Below, piece by piece: positions 55,073 through 64,000 of a stretch of DNA of 64,000 nt (position 1 is its first letter; the number at the start of each line of letters is the position of its first letter). Under the pieces are notes generated by a model. The model saw nothing but the letters and a program-made list of their open reading frames with translations, made no database searches and had not been told where the DNA came from. The stretch comes from Gammaproteobacteria bacterium. Lineage in GTDB: Bacteria; Pseudomonadota; Gammaproteobacteria; Pseudomonadales; Azotimanducaceae. Made by a program: the position numbers and the translations under genes. The stretch covers positions 59,333 through 123,332 of the forward strand of contig JAJFJZ010000019.1 in assembly GCA_021773565.1 (NCBI GenBank), in the 5' to 3' direction.

Positions 55073-56353
55073 ATGGTGCAGAAGAGTGCCCACGTTACTA
55101 TCGACGGACATCCGGATACGATTGATTTGCCCATTTATTCAGGCACGGAAGGCCAGGATGTAATTGATGTGGGGGGGCTGACCAAGCACGGTTTTTTCAC
55201 CTATGACCCCGGCTTTGTCTCTACAGCAGCCTGTGATTCAACAATTACCTATATTGACGGGGACAAGGGCATATTGCTTCATCGGGGCTATCCAATTGAA
55301 CAGCTTGCAGAACATTCTGATTATCTGGAGCTGTGTTACCTCTTAATACACGGTGAGCTGCCATCTGCAGAGCAAAAGAACGATTACGTGGATATCATCA
55401 AGCACCACACGATGGTGCATGAACAGCTACGCTACTTCTTTAACGGCTTTCGCAGAGCAGCACACCCTATGGCAATTATGTGTGGGGTGGTAGGCGCACT
55501 TTCAGCCTTCTACCACGACTCTCTGGATATTGAGGATGAAAATCACCGCCTGATTACCATGAACAGGCTAATAGCGAAGATGCCCACGCTGGCAGCCATG
55601 AGTTACAAACATTCCATAGGCCAGCCTTTCATGTACCCAAGGAATGACCTCAGTTATGCGGGAAACTTTCTGTACATGATGTTCGGCTCCCCCTGTGAAG
55701 ACTATATCGATAGTCCTGTGCTCACACGCGCCATGGACAAGATTTTTCTGTTGCATGCCGATCACGAACAAAATGCATCCACATCCACGGTGAGACTGGC
55801 AGGGTCAACCGGTGCCAATCCCTACGCCTGTATCGCCGCTGGTATTTCAGCGCTTTGGGGCCCCGCACACGGGGGCGCCAACGAGGCTGTATTAAATCAG
55901 CTTACTGAAATAGGCTCGGAAAAGAACATCGACAAGTACATTAAACGCGCCAAGGACAAGAATGACCCCTTCAGACTTATGGGATTTGGACACCGGGTTT
56001 ACAAGAACTACGATCCCAGAGCCAAGGTGATGCAGGAAACCTGTTATGAAGTTTTTGACGAGCTTGGTGTGGAGGCTGATCCGCTACTTAAAATCGCCCA
56101 GCGTTTAGAGCAGATTGCGCTGGAAGACGAATACTTTGTAGAGAAAAAACTGTACCCGAATGTAGATTTTTACTCCGGCATCATCCTCAAAGCCATGGGT
56201 TTTCCCGTGGATATGTTCACTGTAATTTTCGCCACTGGACGCACCCCCGGCTGGATTTCCCACTGGAACGAAATGATTAGTGGCCCGTACAAAATTGGTC
56301 GCCCCAGGCAATTGTACAAAGGTCCGGTTAAACGTGATTACCCAACAAGATAG
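55073..56353 (+). CDS. gltA: type II citrate synthase
   Basis: [14 protein letters not shown] and [10 protein letters not shown] motifs. The true start is ATG 55073 (426 aa, CAGGAAAG RBS); the track ORF extends upstream to 54947. Confidence 0.97.
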   Translation: MVQKSAHVTIDGHPDTIDLPIYSGTEGQDVIDVGGLTKHGFFTYDPGFVSTAACDSTITYIDGDKGILLHRGYPIEQLAEHSDYLELCYLLIHGELPSAEQKNDYVDIIKHHTMVHEQLRYFFNGFRRAAHPMAIMCGVVGALSAFYHDSLDIEDENHRLITMNRLIAKMPTLAAMSYKHSIGQPFMYPRNDLSYAGNFLYMMFGSPCEDYIDSPVLTRAMDKIFLLHADHEQNASTSTVRLAGSTGANPYACIAAGISALWGPAHGGANEAVLNQLTEIGSEKNIDKYIKRAKDKNDPFRLMGFGHRVYKNYDPRAKVMQETCYEVFDELGVEADPLLKIAQRLEQIALEDEYFVEKKLYPNVDFYSGIILKAMGFPVDMFTVIFATGRTPGWISHWNEMISGPYKIGRPRQLYKGPVKRDYPTR

Positions 56354-56355
56354 CG

Positions 56356-57240
56356 CTAGTCCCGCAAAAGTTTAATCAGACTGGAGGTGTCCCATCGCCC
56401 ACCTCCCCTGGCCTGAACCTGGGCATAAAACTGATCGACAAGTGCTGTAAGTGGCAGGCGCGCATTGAGATCTCTTGCAGCTTCAAGGCCAATGCCCAGA
56501 TCCTTTCTCATCCAGTCCACGGCGAAGCCATGGTCAAAAATTCCTTCCGCCATGGTCTGTGCCCGGTTGTCCATCTGCCAGGACTGTGCGGCACCTTTTG
56601 AAATGGTTTCCACTACATCCTTGATATCCAGATTTGCCTGTTCGGCAAAGTGCAGGCCTTCTGCAAGACCCTGTAGAATACCGGCGATACAGATCTGATT
56701 AACTACTTTGGTGAGCTGTCCAGCACCTGCCGAACCCATCAGTGTTGCCGCCTTCGCGTAACAATTCATCAGGGCTTTGGCCATGAGGAAGTCGGAAGAT
56801 TCACCGCCCACCATGATGGTAAGTTGTCCATTCTCTGCACCAATCTGCCCACCAGACACCGGAGCATCGAGAAAATGACAGGCTCTGTTGTCACAAACGG
56901 TCCACAGGTGACGCGCTAAATGTGCAGATGCTGTAGTGTGGTCCACCAAAACCGATCCCGGTTTTAAACGAGCCAGAACCCCCTCATCACCTTCTACAAC
57001 ACTCAGAACATCAGCATCGTTACCTACACATACAAATACGAACTCGGCATCAGCGATTGCCTGGGCTGGCGTTGGCAAATGTTTGCCCGGATAATCCCTT
57101 ACCCACTGCTCTGCTCTTGCCTGGGTTCGATTATAAACAGTAACCGTGTGTCCGGCCTTTGCAAGGTGTCCTGCCATCGGGTACCCCATTACTCCCAGGC
57201 CAATAAAAGCGACTTTTCTAAAATTATTCGAGCCCACCAT
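56356..57240 (-). CDS. NAD(P)-dependent beta-hydroxyacid dehydrogenase (3-hydroxyisobutyrate dehydrogenase family)
   Basis: Rossmann motif VAFIGLGVMGYPMAGHL, DAPVSGG, and a conserved catalytic Lys region (GAGQLTKVVNQ). Confidence 0.8.
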   Translation of the reverse strand: MVGSNNFRKVAFIGLGVMGYPMAGHLAKAGHTVTVYNRTQARAEQWVRDYPGKHLPTPAQAIADAEFVFVCVGNDADVLSVVEGDEGVLARLKPGSVLVDHTTASAHLARHLWTVCDNRACHFLDAPVSGGQIGAENGQLTIMVGGESSDFLMAKALMNCYAKAATLMGSAGAGQLTKVVNQICIAGILQGLAEGLHFAEQANLDIKDVVETISKGAAQSWQMDNRAQTMAEGIFDHGFAVDWMRKDLGIGLEAARDLNARLPLTALVDQFYAQVQARGGGRWDTSSLIKLLRD

Positions 57241-57345
57241 TGTTTCCCCAATACCCCTGCGCAGTTATCCTTACACGCCTGTTAATGTTTCGCTACGAAT
57301 GGTGCCATAATTACGCACAGCAATTATAACGGGCCAGACCAGAAA

Positions 57346-58743
57346 ATGAATAAACTCTCCGGCTTACCCGCCGTAGACCGGCTGATTAAGGAACCTGAGG
57401 TAGCCGGCTTGATAGCTCAGTGGGGAAGACAGGCTATTATTGATGTGCTTAGAAATTTGCAACAGCAGGTTAGATCCTCCGACGAAGTTCCGTCCTGGGC
57501 GCTGGATTCTGCACAGTATCCTGCACGGGTAGTCCAGCGATTACGTAAACAATTTGGAACAGGGTTACGGCCAGTCTACAATCTCGCTGGTACTATTATC
57601 CATACAAATCTAGGTCGTTCGTTACTTAGCCGCAAAATGGCAAAAGCCGGCTTGGCAGCAGCAACCCGGGCAGTCACCCTTGAATTTGACCTTGAAACCG
57701 GGCGCCGTGGTGACCGGGACAAGCTGGTAGAACAACTCTTGTGTGTGCTCACCGGTGCGGAAGCGGCAACTGTGGTAAACAATAATGCTGCAGCGGTGCT
57801 GCTGGTGCTCAATTCCCTTGCAGAGGGTTCTCCTGTGCCGGTATCGAGAGGCGAGCTGGTGGAAATTGGTGGCAGTTTCAGAGTCCCCGAGATAATGCAA
57901 AAGGCTGGCTGTTCACTCGTTGAAATCGGGACAACCAACCGTACTCACCTTAAGGACTATGAGGCGGCAATAGATAGCGATACACAATTACTTCTAAAAG
58001 TGCATCCCAGTAATTACCACATAGCTGGTTTCACCAAATCGGTTGACGTACAACAATTATCGTTAGTTGCGAAAAACCATAATATACCCCTGTACATAGA
58101 TTTAGGCAGCGGTGCATTGATAGACCTGGAGAAATTCGGGCTTCCTGCAGAACCAACAGCAGGCGAAGTTCTTGCGCAAGGCGCTGACATACTCTCATTT
58201 AGCGGGGACAAATTACTTGGTTCCATCCAGGCAGGAATTATAGTAGGCAAGAAAGCGCTTATTGACAAAATTAGAGCCAATCCACTGAAACGCGCATTGC
58301 GCGTGGACAAGATTACGCTAGGAATATTGACGGAAACGTTCAGGTATTATCAGGACACCACTACCGTTCGCGACAATATCCCCTTGTTAGCAACGTTTGC
58401 AAAATCATTATCGGAAATAAACAGCCAGTCGGTACTGGTGGCTGAGGCTCTATGTGAGATACTTACTTCTGATTTCAAGTGTGAGGTTTGCGACAGTCAC
58501 TGCCAGATCGGCAGCGGCTCCTTACCTGAACACCATCTGGCCAGCCGGGCTGTATGCATCAGCTCTACATCGGGTGGATTACTCAACACCCTGCACGCAA
58601 GTTTGCGCGCCTTGCCTACACCCGTAATCTGCAGAGTACAGGATGAGCGATTATGGATGGATATGCGCACCGTTACAGACGTACACGAGCTGATTGAAAA
58701 CCTGAAACACCTTACAACTATTATGCAGGATAGCGGTCAATGA
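57346..58743 (+). CDS. selA: L-seryl-tRNA(Sec) selenium transferase
   Basis: SelA N-terminus (LPAVDRLI...), PVYNLAGTIIHTNLGRS, and the PLP-lysine motif FSGDKLLGSIQAG. Confidence 0.92.
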   Translation: MNKLSGLPAVDRLIKEPEVAGLIAQWGRQAIIDVLRNLQQQVRSSDEVPSWALDSAQYPARVVQRLRKQFGTGLRPVYNLAGTIIHTNLGRSLLSRKMAKAGLAAATRAVTLEFDLETGRRGDRDKLVEQLLCVLTGAEAATVVNNNAAAVLLVLNSLAEGSPVPVSRGELVEIGGSFRVPEIMQKAGCSLVEIGTTNRTHLKDYEAAIDSDTQLLLKVHPSNYHIAGFTKSVDVQQLSLVAKNHNIPLYIDLGSGALIDLEKFGLPAEPTAGEVLAQGADILSFSGDKLLGSIQAGIIVGKKALIDKIRANPLKRALRVDKITLGILTETFRYYQDTTTVRDNIPLLATFAKSLSEINSQSVLVAEALCEILTSDFKCEVCDSHCQIGSGSLPEHHLASRAVCISSTSGGLLNTLHASLRALPTPVICRVQDERLWMDMRTVTDVHELIENLKHLTTIMQDSGQ

Positions 58744-60641
58744 TCGTGACCCTTGCCGGACATGTGGATCACGGTAAGACGAGCCTTGTGAAAGCATTAA
58801 GCGGCATCGATACCGATCGACTTTCCGAAGAAAAGCGCAGGGGTTTAACCATAGATCTTGGTTTTGCCTATATGCAGACAGGGGAAACCGGGATTGGCTT
58901 CGTCGATGTTCCCGGGCATCACAAATTTATTCATAACATGGTAGCCGGCGTAGCCCATACGCAGTTCGCAATGCTAGTCATCGCCGCAGACGACGGACCT
59001 ATGCCGCAAACACAGGAACATCTTGACATCCTTGGACTGATGGGCCTGCAACGGGGGATGGTAGTAATAAGCAAAACGGATAAAGTTTCCGGGCAGGCGC
59101 TCGCAACCTGTCTGGAGAATACCCGGGGTCTACTGCGTGATTCGTTTCTTGAAAATTGTTGTATAAAACCCGTCTCTACACTATCCGGCGCTGGTGTACC
59201 GGAAGTGCTTCAATTTCTTATCGACCAGGCCAAAACCAGCCAGATCGCAGAGGATACGCATTGCTTTCGGATGGCAATAGATCGGGCATTTACCATTAAA
59301 GGCTCGGGCCTGGTGGTTACTGGTACTGTTCACTCCGGACAGGTTGACATGAACACAACAGTTTCGGTGAGTTCTACTGGAAAACAAGTACGAATAAGGG
59401 GCATATTCAAACAAAACCAGCCCACCACTGCTGCACAGGCGGGTGATAGATGTTCACTAAATATCAGCGGCATCGATAGGGCTCAGGTTTCCCGTGGGGA
59501 CTGGATTCTGGATACCGAAACTTATGCACCGAGCAACAACCTGGTGATTCAACTGAAGGTACTTCCCGAGTTTCCAAGGGTTGTCAAACACTGGTTACCA
59601 GTACATATCTTCCATGCGACCAGCCATACGACCGGGAAAATCGCCTTACTGGACTCCGCACCAATCCAGCCAGGGGGCGAAGCCATGGTTGAACTTGAGC
59701 TGGACTCCGCGCTTTTTCCCAAGCGAAAAGACAGAGTGGTAATTCGCGAGTATGGTGCGGAACGAACGTTGGGAGGGGGTGAAGTTATCGACATCACGCC
59801 GTCTCCCTATCGAAGACGGGACAAACGCAGGTTAGCACACCTGAAACTGCTTTCATCCCCTACACCAGAGGATGCTCTTAATCGGATGCTGCATCCGGAT
59901 CAGGATGACAAGGGTATTCTCAGTCTGGTAAACATCCCTGATTTTCGGCAGAACTGGAACCTTAAACAACAACAAATGGATGGTTTACTGAATGAGATGA
60001 ACGCACGTGTTTTGCCAGATTCCCACGGCAGTTATGCATATCGATCTGAACGCGACACAGAAATTGCTACTACCATACTTGACGTGCTCAAAAAACATCA
60101 CTCCGACAATCCGGCAAGTGCAGGAATCAAGCCCGATAGCCTGCGCAATTTGATAGCTGTACCCGATATCCTTACTAACAGTGTAATGGCCCGCCTGGAG
60201 AACGCAGAGTTGATCACGGTCACTGCCGGGCTGGTACAGTTACCTACCCAGGCAAAAGTATTACCCGCAAAGGTACAAGCCATGTTTGATGCCTATGCAA
60301 AAATTGCCCAAAGCTCTGATCAACCACCCAGCCTGGGGGATGCTGCAAAGCTGCTGAATGTAGTCCAGGCTGAGCTCGCAAAGACACTTAAAATTGCCGC
60401 TCGTGCAGGACTGCTCACCGAAGTCAGTACCAACCGGTTTTTTCTTCCGGAGCAGTTGAAAAAAATGATAAAGCACGTAATGGAATTAACCGAGAACGAC
60501 GCATCGTTTTCAGTGCGTGACTATCGTGATAAAAGTGGTATAGGCCGCAATACGGCTATCGAGGTATTGGAACACTTTGACGCTCGAGGATTCACCAAAA
60601 GATTTGCCAACCTTCGCAAACGGATTAGTACTTATAAGTGA
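58740..60641 (+). CDS. selB: selenocysteine-specific translation elongation factor SelB
   Basis: GTPase motifs AGHVDHGKT, DVPGH and SKTD, plus a long C-terminal winged-helix (SECIS-binding) extension. It overlaps selA as ATGA. Confidence 0.92.
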   Translation: MIVTLAGHVDHGKTSLVKALSGIDTDRLSEEKRRGLTIDLGFAYMQTGETGIGFVDVPGHHKFIHNMVAGVAHTQFAMLVIAADDGPMPQTQEHLDILGLMGLQRGMVVISKTDKVSGQALATCLENTRGLLRDSFLENCCIKPVSTLSGAGVPEVLQFLIDQAKTSQIAEDTHCFRMAIDRAFTIKGSGLVVTGTVHSGQVDMNTTVSVSSTGKQVRIRGIFKQNQPTTAAQAGDRCSLNISGIDRAQVSRGDWILDTETYAPSNNLVIQLKVLPEFPRVVKHWLPVHIFHATSHTTGKIALLDSAPIQPGGEAMVELELDSALFPKRKDRVVIREYGAERTLGGGEVIDITPSPYRRRDKRRLAHLKLLSSPTPEDALNRMLHPDQDDKGILSLVNIPDFRQNWNLKQQQMDGLLNEMNARVLPDSHGSYAYRSERDTEIATTILDVLKKHHSDNPASAGIKPDSLRNLIAVPDILTNSVMARLENAELITVTAGLVQLPTQAKVLPAKVQAMFDAYAKIAQSSDQPPSLGDAAKLLNVVQAELAKTLKIAARAGLLTEVSTNRFFLPEQLKKMIKHVMELTENDASFSVRDYRDKSGIGRNTAIEVLEHFDARGFTKRFANLRKRISTYK

Positions 60642-60671
60642 AGTAAACTACCATTTAAGACCTGAACCACA

Positions 60672-60764
60672 GGAAGAGCATCGTCTCTGGTGAGGCGCGC
60701 GGCCTTCAAAGCCGTTGAGGTGCGTGATCGCGCCTGGTTAGTTCGATTCTGACCTCTTCCGCCA
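60672..60764 (+). tRNA. selC: tRNA-Sec (anticodon TCA)
   Basis: 93 nt, GGAAGAGCATCGTCTCTGGTGAGGCG..., colinear with E. coli selC. It has a 6-bp D stem with a 4-nt loop, anticodon loop CTTCAAA, a long 6-bp variable arm (GGTGCG-TGAT-CGCGCC), 13 bp of acceptor plus T stem, and 3' GCCA. Confidence 0.93.
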
Positions 60765-60771
60765 TTTTAAA

Positions 60772-60871
60772 GGGGTCAGAGTAAAGTGCCAGAGTAAAAT
60801 TATTCGCAACTCGTTTGATGCACTGTGAATAATCAGCAAATAATTTTACTCTGGCACTTTACTCTGACCCC
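60772..60871. repeat. perfect 33-bp-arm inverted repeat (34-nt spacer) immediately 3' of selC
   Basis: The sequence at 60772-60804, GGGGTCAGAGTAAAGTGCCAGAGTAAAATTATT, is the exact reverse complement of 60839-60871. Each arm carries CAGAGTAAA twice, 13 nt apart. Confidence 0.9.
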
Positions 60872-60874
60872 ACC

Positions 60875-60905
60875 AAAAAAAAACCGCCGGATTTGCATCC
60901 GACGG
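60875..60905 (-). terminator. Rho-independent terminator of the TonB-dependent receptor gene
   Basis: The minus strand reads CCGTCGGAT-GCAA-ATCCGGCGG (9-bp stem with one G-U pair) followed by a T9 run, 42 nt after the receptor stop codon. Confidence 0.85.
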
Positions 60906-60946
60906 TTCTTGTTTCAAACGGCTAGATACCTAGCCTGGAAAGTTTC

Positions 60947-63900
60947 CTAGAAGTTAAATTCAACGCCAATGCGTCCTTCCCACAGAGAGCGATTCTCTTT
61001 GATATCGTTTATGCTACGGTCACTAAACCGGTCATATTCAAATCGACCCTGGGCATCAACTCCCGCGGTAACAACCTGCTGCGAGAAGAATTCGGCATCG
61101 GTTACGGTACCCCACTTCTTGTTCAGGAAATTACCCAGATTATACATCTTGAAGAAGATGCGACCGCGTGTACCTTCAATGAAGGTTGGCAGTTCCTGCT
61201 CGATGCGCAGATCAAGTCGGCTGGTCCAGCTGGCGTTCTTGTCGTTACGCTTGGTGAAACCGGCATCCAGATTTTCGCTGGCTGCCCATGCAAAGAAATC
61301 ATTCGTTGCAAAGCCGCTACCAAACACGACATTGGGATCATCAGGACCCGTTGGGATGTAAAGCAGGTGGCGACCAAAGAAGCCGTCCCCTTCCAGTGCC
61401 CCACCACCCATTACGAAGCTCTGTGCCTGACCCTGCTGGATAACGCCATACAGAGTAATGCGAGTGTCCAGCCCCGGGAAAAACTCTCGTGCAAAACTCG
61501 CCCTACCGGTAAAGCGGTGTGGTACTTCATAGTTGGAAGTAGCAGACCTTGGATTGTTAACGTCCAGCAATGCAACGTTATCAAAGTTTGAACCTGCCGT
61601 AGAACTGGTCATCGGGCTGACATCCTCAGCGCTCACATGGGCATAACCAACGGTCACATCCAGACCAAAGTCAAAGTCCTTGCGCAGGCTAATTGAGAAT
61701 ACGTCTGATGAGCCGTTAGATGACGAATTGGTCAACATATAGTTGTCAGAGCCATTCGTAAAATCATAAATTGGTGTGCCCAGCGAAGTCATGCCAACTA
61801 TAGTCTGGGAAATATCAACATAGTGCGCCGTATCCACGGTACTGCTATGCAGATAATCGATATCAGCGACCACTTCCCATGGAAGATCAATAGTAGCGCC
61901 CAGAGCAAATTTCCACTCACCGGGTTGCTTGTAATCCGGATCAATTAGAACCAAACGGCGCGTTGAGGCGTTGTCGATTGTGGTTGCCGCAACCGAATCC
62001 ACCATATCCTGTGGCACATCAAAGCCGGGGCGTCCCTGGCCTGAGAGTGGAATGTCATTAAATACCGAACGTGAGCCGCCGTAGAAATTCTGCAACTGCA
62101 CATTCGTGAATCCGTCATTGCTGAAGGAGTTGGAAATCCATACATTCGGGTTTCCACCAGAATACAAGCCAACACCTGCACGTATGCTCACCGTATCACT
62201 GAATCCCCAGGTAATGCCCAATCGAGGCATGAAAAGATCCAGCCCGTCAATGCTTTCGTCATTTCTCAATCCGCCATTGGCATCCGTAAAGGCCTGGTTG
62301 AAGGTCGGACTGTCACTGGTGGTGAACCAGTCATAACGCAAACCAAACACTATACTCAGATCGATATCACTAAAGAAATATTCATCCTGGATATACAAAG
62401 CATGTTCTGTATTCTGAAACGACGCTCCGGCATCCGCCGCAACATTGGTGCCACCACCACTACCATAGTAAACACGGCTGGGGCGACCCAGTTCGAATGC
62501 GTCTATACCAGAGATAGTACAAGCTGCATCGTCAAAACGACCCTGTGCAGTCAATGCGTCGCAAGAGGCCGGATTTCCTGTGGAATTGTCGAAGAAATCG
62601 TACTCCCCACCATTCGAATGCTGGACAAACAGGTTAAAGATACTCAGTTCTTCCTGCTCGTATCCAGCAGTAATTACGTGGTCACCAAACAGGTACTGGG
62701 CAGACAGTTTAAAAAACTTGGATTTGGTATTCAGTTGATTCGCCTGACGGGAGTCATCTGCACCCAGATATACGGTTCCATCACGGCCACCCACACTAAT
62801 CTGGAAATCACCAAAGTCAGCCGGACCTACGGTTACCTGGGAATCATCCATCTGGCTGTCGCTGTAGAATATTTCTGTGGAGAATGCATCGGTCCACTGT
62901 GATACCAGCTTGGCGGTATAGGTTTCAGACTTGGCGCCTTTCACATAAAAGTGATTGGCAAATTCAAATTCGTCGCTATCACCATCAGAATCCCTGTCCT
63001 GAAAACCATCGTAGTAGTTATAAATCAGCGCCAGGCTATGGTTATCATTAATATTCCAGTCAATCTTCGCCATGTACTTCTCGTCTTTCTGGGCACCATT
63101 ACCGGGCTCACCACCTGGATCATAGTTGTACAGGGTATTGGCAATGTTAACGATGCGGTCATAATCGGCCTGGCTTAAAAAGTCACGCTCAATACCACCA
63201 CTGGTAGAACCGCTATGGGCCTGGGAAATAAAACGCGGCTTGTCGCTCTTTTCATAAGCACCGAAGATAAACAGCTTATCTTCGATAATCGGGCCGCCAA
63301 TGCTAAAGCCCTTTTTGTCTTCGCTGTAGCTGCCATTATCGAACTTCTGACTTACGCCACCAATCCTGTCGCCCTTAAGGCCATCACCGCTGCGCTCGTA
63401 AAATATATTTCCGTCCCATTCATTGGTACCGGACTTGCTCACAGCGTTTATGTTACAGGCTGAAAACCCACCAAAAGTAACATCGAAAGGGGCAAGAGAT
63501 ACCGATACCTGTTGAATGGCATCATAAGGAAAAGGCATGCCCACAGCCGTGGAATACCCATTCTCATTCAAGCCAAAACGGTCGTTGGTGCTCACACCAT
63601 CAAGTGTGACGCTATTGAATCTCGGGTGCTTGCCAGCGCAGTTTACAGCATTGCTATCATCGTCCGCATCCAGAGAGATGCGTGGATCAAGCGAGTACAC
63701 ATCCTGGATGTCCCGGTTAAACGCAACTGCAGTATCCAGATCAAACTGGCCAAAAGATGCAGAAGGTCCGGTCGCAATATCTGCTCCAAGCGACTCACCA
63801 ATTACTACTACCTCCTCTACTACTGCGTTTGATGCAAGTCGAATAGGCAGATTGTAAATTTCCCCAAGCGCTATGGAGTCAACCGTACTCGACTGGGATC

Positions 63901-64000
63901 CATTAACCGTAACGCGGTAAGGCCCGCCTACAGCTAATTTGGATGCAAGAAAAGTACCCGTATCATTCGTGCTGTAGCTTCGCTTTGAACCTGTTCGCAG
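60947..64000 (-). CDS. TonB-dependent outer-membrane receptor with an N-terminal carboxypeptidase-regulatory-like domain; 5' end outside window
   Basis: The C-terminal beta-barrel ends in the aromatic terminal residue typical of these receptors (...RIGVEFNF). A plug region is present (VSVSLAPFDVTFGGFS). The frame stays open upstream of the track start (GTG 63700) to the window edge, translating to ...GPYRVTVNGSQSSTVDSIALGEIYNLPIRLASNAVVEEVVVIGE... Confidence 0.88.
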   Translation of the reverse strand: MRTGSKRSYSTNDTGTFLASKLAVGGPYRVTVNGSQSSTVDSIALGEIYNLPIRLASNAVVEEVVVIGESLGADIATGPSASFGQFDLDTAVAFNRDIQDVYSLDPRISLDADDDSNAVNCAGKHPRFNSVTLDGVSTNDRFGLNENGYSTAVGMPFPYDAIQQVSVSLAPFDVTFGGFSACNINAVSKSGTNEWDGNIFYERSGDGLKGDRIGGVSQKFDNGSYSEDKKGFSIGGPIIEDKLFIFGAYEKSDKPRFISQAHSGSTSGGIERDFLSQADYDRIVNIANTLYNYDPGGEPGNGAQKDEKYMAKIDWNINDNHSLALIYNYYDGFQDRDSDGDSDEFEFANHFYVKGAKSETYTAKLVSQWTDAFSTEIFYSDSQMDDSQVTVGPADFGDFQISVGGRDGTVYLGADDSRQANQLNTKSKFFKLSAQYLFGDHVITAGYEQEELSIFNLFVQHSNGGEYDFFDNSTGNPASCDALTAQGRFDDAACTISGIDAFELGRPSRVYYGSGGGTNVAADAGASFQNTEHALYIQDEYFFSDIDLSIVFGLRYDWFTTSDSPTFNQAFTDANGGLRNDESIDGLDLFMPRLGITWGFSDTVSIRAGVGLYSGGNPNVWISNSFSNDGFTNVQLQNFYGGSRSVFNDIPLSGQGRPGFDVPQDMVDSVAATTIDNASTRRLVLIDPDYKQPGEWKFALGATIDLPWEVVADIDYLHSSTVDTAHYVDISQTIVGMTSLGTPIYDFTNGSDNYMLTNSSSNGSSDVFSISLRKDFDFGLDVTVGYAHVSAEDVSPMTSSTAGSNFDNVALLDVNNPRSATSNYEVPHRFTGRASFAREFFPGLDTRITLYGVIQQGQAQSFVMGGGALEGDGFFGRHLLYIPTGPDDPNVVFGSGFATNDFFAWAASENLDAGFTKRNDKNASWTSRLDLRIEQELPTFIEGTRGRIFFKMYNLGNFLNKKWGTVTDAEFFSQQVVTAGVDAQGRFEYDRFSDRSINDIKENRSLWEGRIGVEFNF

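Noticed and set aside
57241-57345. SECIS-like autoregulatory hairpin upstream of selA, of the kind described for the E. coli selAB leader.
   Set aside because: Only a weak AT-rich 6-bp palindrome (ATAATT...AATTAT) is present, with no GGUC-type apical loop. The evidence is insufficient.
60642-64000. Possible genomic island inserted at selC (tRNA-Sec).
   Set aside because: There is no integrase, no phage or transposon gene, and no direct repeat of the tRNA 3' end downstream. The next gene is an ordinary TonB-dependent receptor with its own terminator. Only the inverted repeat, reported separately, is unexplained.

Overview
This looks like a core-chromosome window from a gammaproteobacterium. 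The gene order is of the Pseudomonadales/Cellvibrionales type. I count about 55 tightly packed protein genes, roughly 80% on the minus strand, and almost all fall into well-known housekeeping families. In order: a partial cation:proton antiporter; sohB-acuI; an SCP2-like gene; nudC; nhaB; rnhA-dnaQ; a YafS-like methyltransferase; mltD; a tRNA Pro-Arg-His operon followed by the proteostasis block tig-clpP-clpX-lon-hupB-ppiD; and lpxH. Next comes a roughly 19.5 kb co-directional train: leuCDB-asd-fimV-truA-trpFBA-folC-dedD-cvpA-purF-moxR-DUF58-tgpA-DUF1289-miaE. After that are a LysR regulator; htpG-prmB-aroC; the complete sdhCDAB-sucAB-lpdA-sucCD TCA cluster with divergent gltA; a beta-hydroxyacid dehydrogenase; the selenocysteine locus selA-selB-selC (tRNA-Sec); and a partial TonB-dependent receptor. 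I found no CRISPR array, no transposase, integrase or phage genes, no recognisable defence or toxin-antitoxin genes, and no unassigned multi-gene block. The largest non-coding gaps are about 150-310 nt. I therefore cannot point to a clear new system here. The leads worth a second look are: (1) a perfect 33-bp-arm inverted repeat with internal CAGAGTAAA iterons directly after tRNA-Sec; (2) the poorly understood moxR-DUF58-tgpA module joined without gaps to a DUF1289 four-Cys protein and the di-iron tRNA hydroxylase MiaE; (3) two chaperones with appended low-complexity tails, an acidic EPSA tandem repeat on trigger factor and a Lys/Ala histone-H1-like tail on HtpG; (4) a selAB-selC locus with no selenoprotein gene in view; (5) synteny deviations, namely accD missing at an ATGA-coupled trpA-folC junction and gloB missing next to mltD; (6) a long structured hupB 3' UTR. 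All protein calls come from reading the supplied translations for family motifs and synteny. No database search was run.
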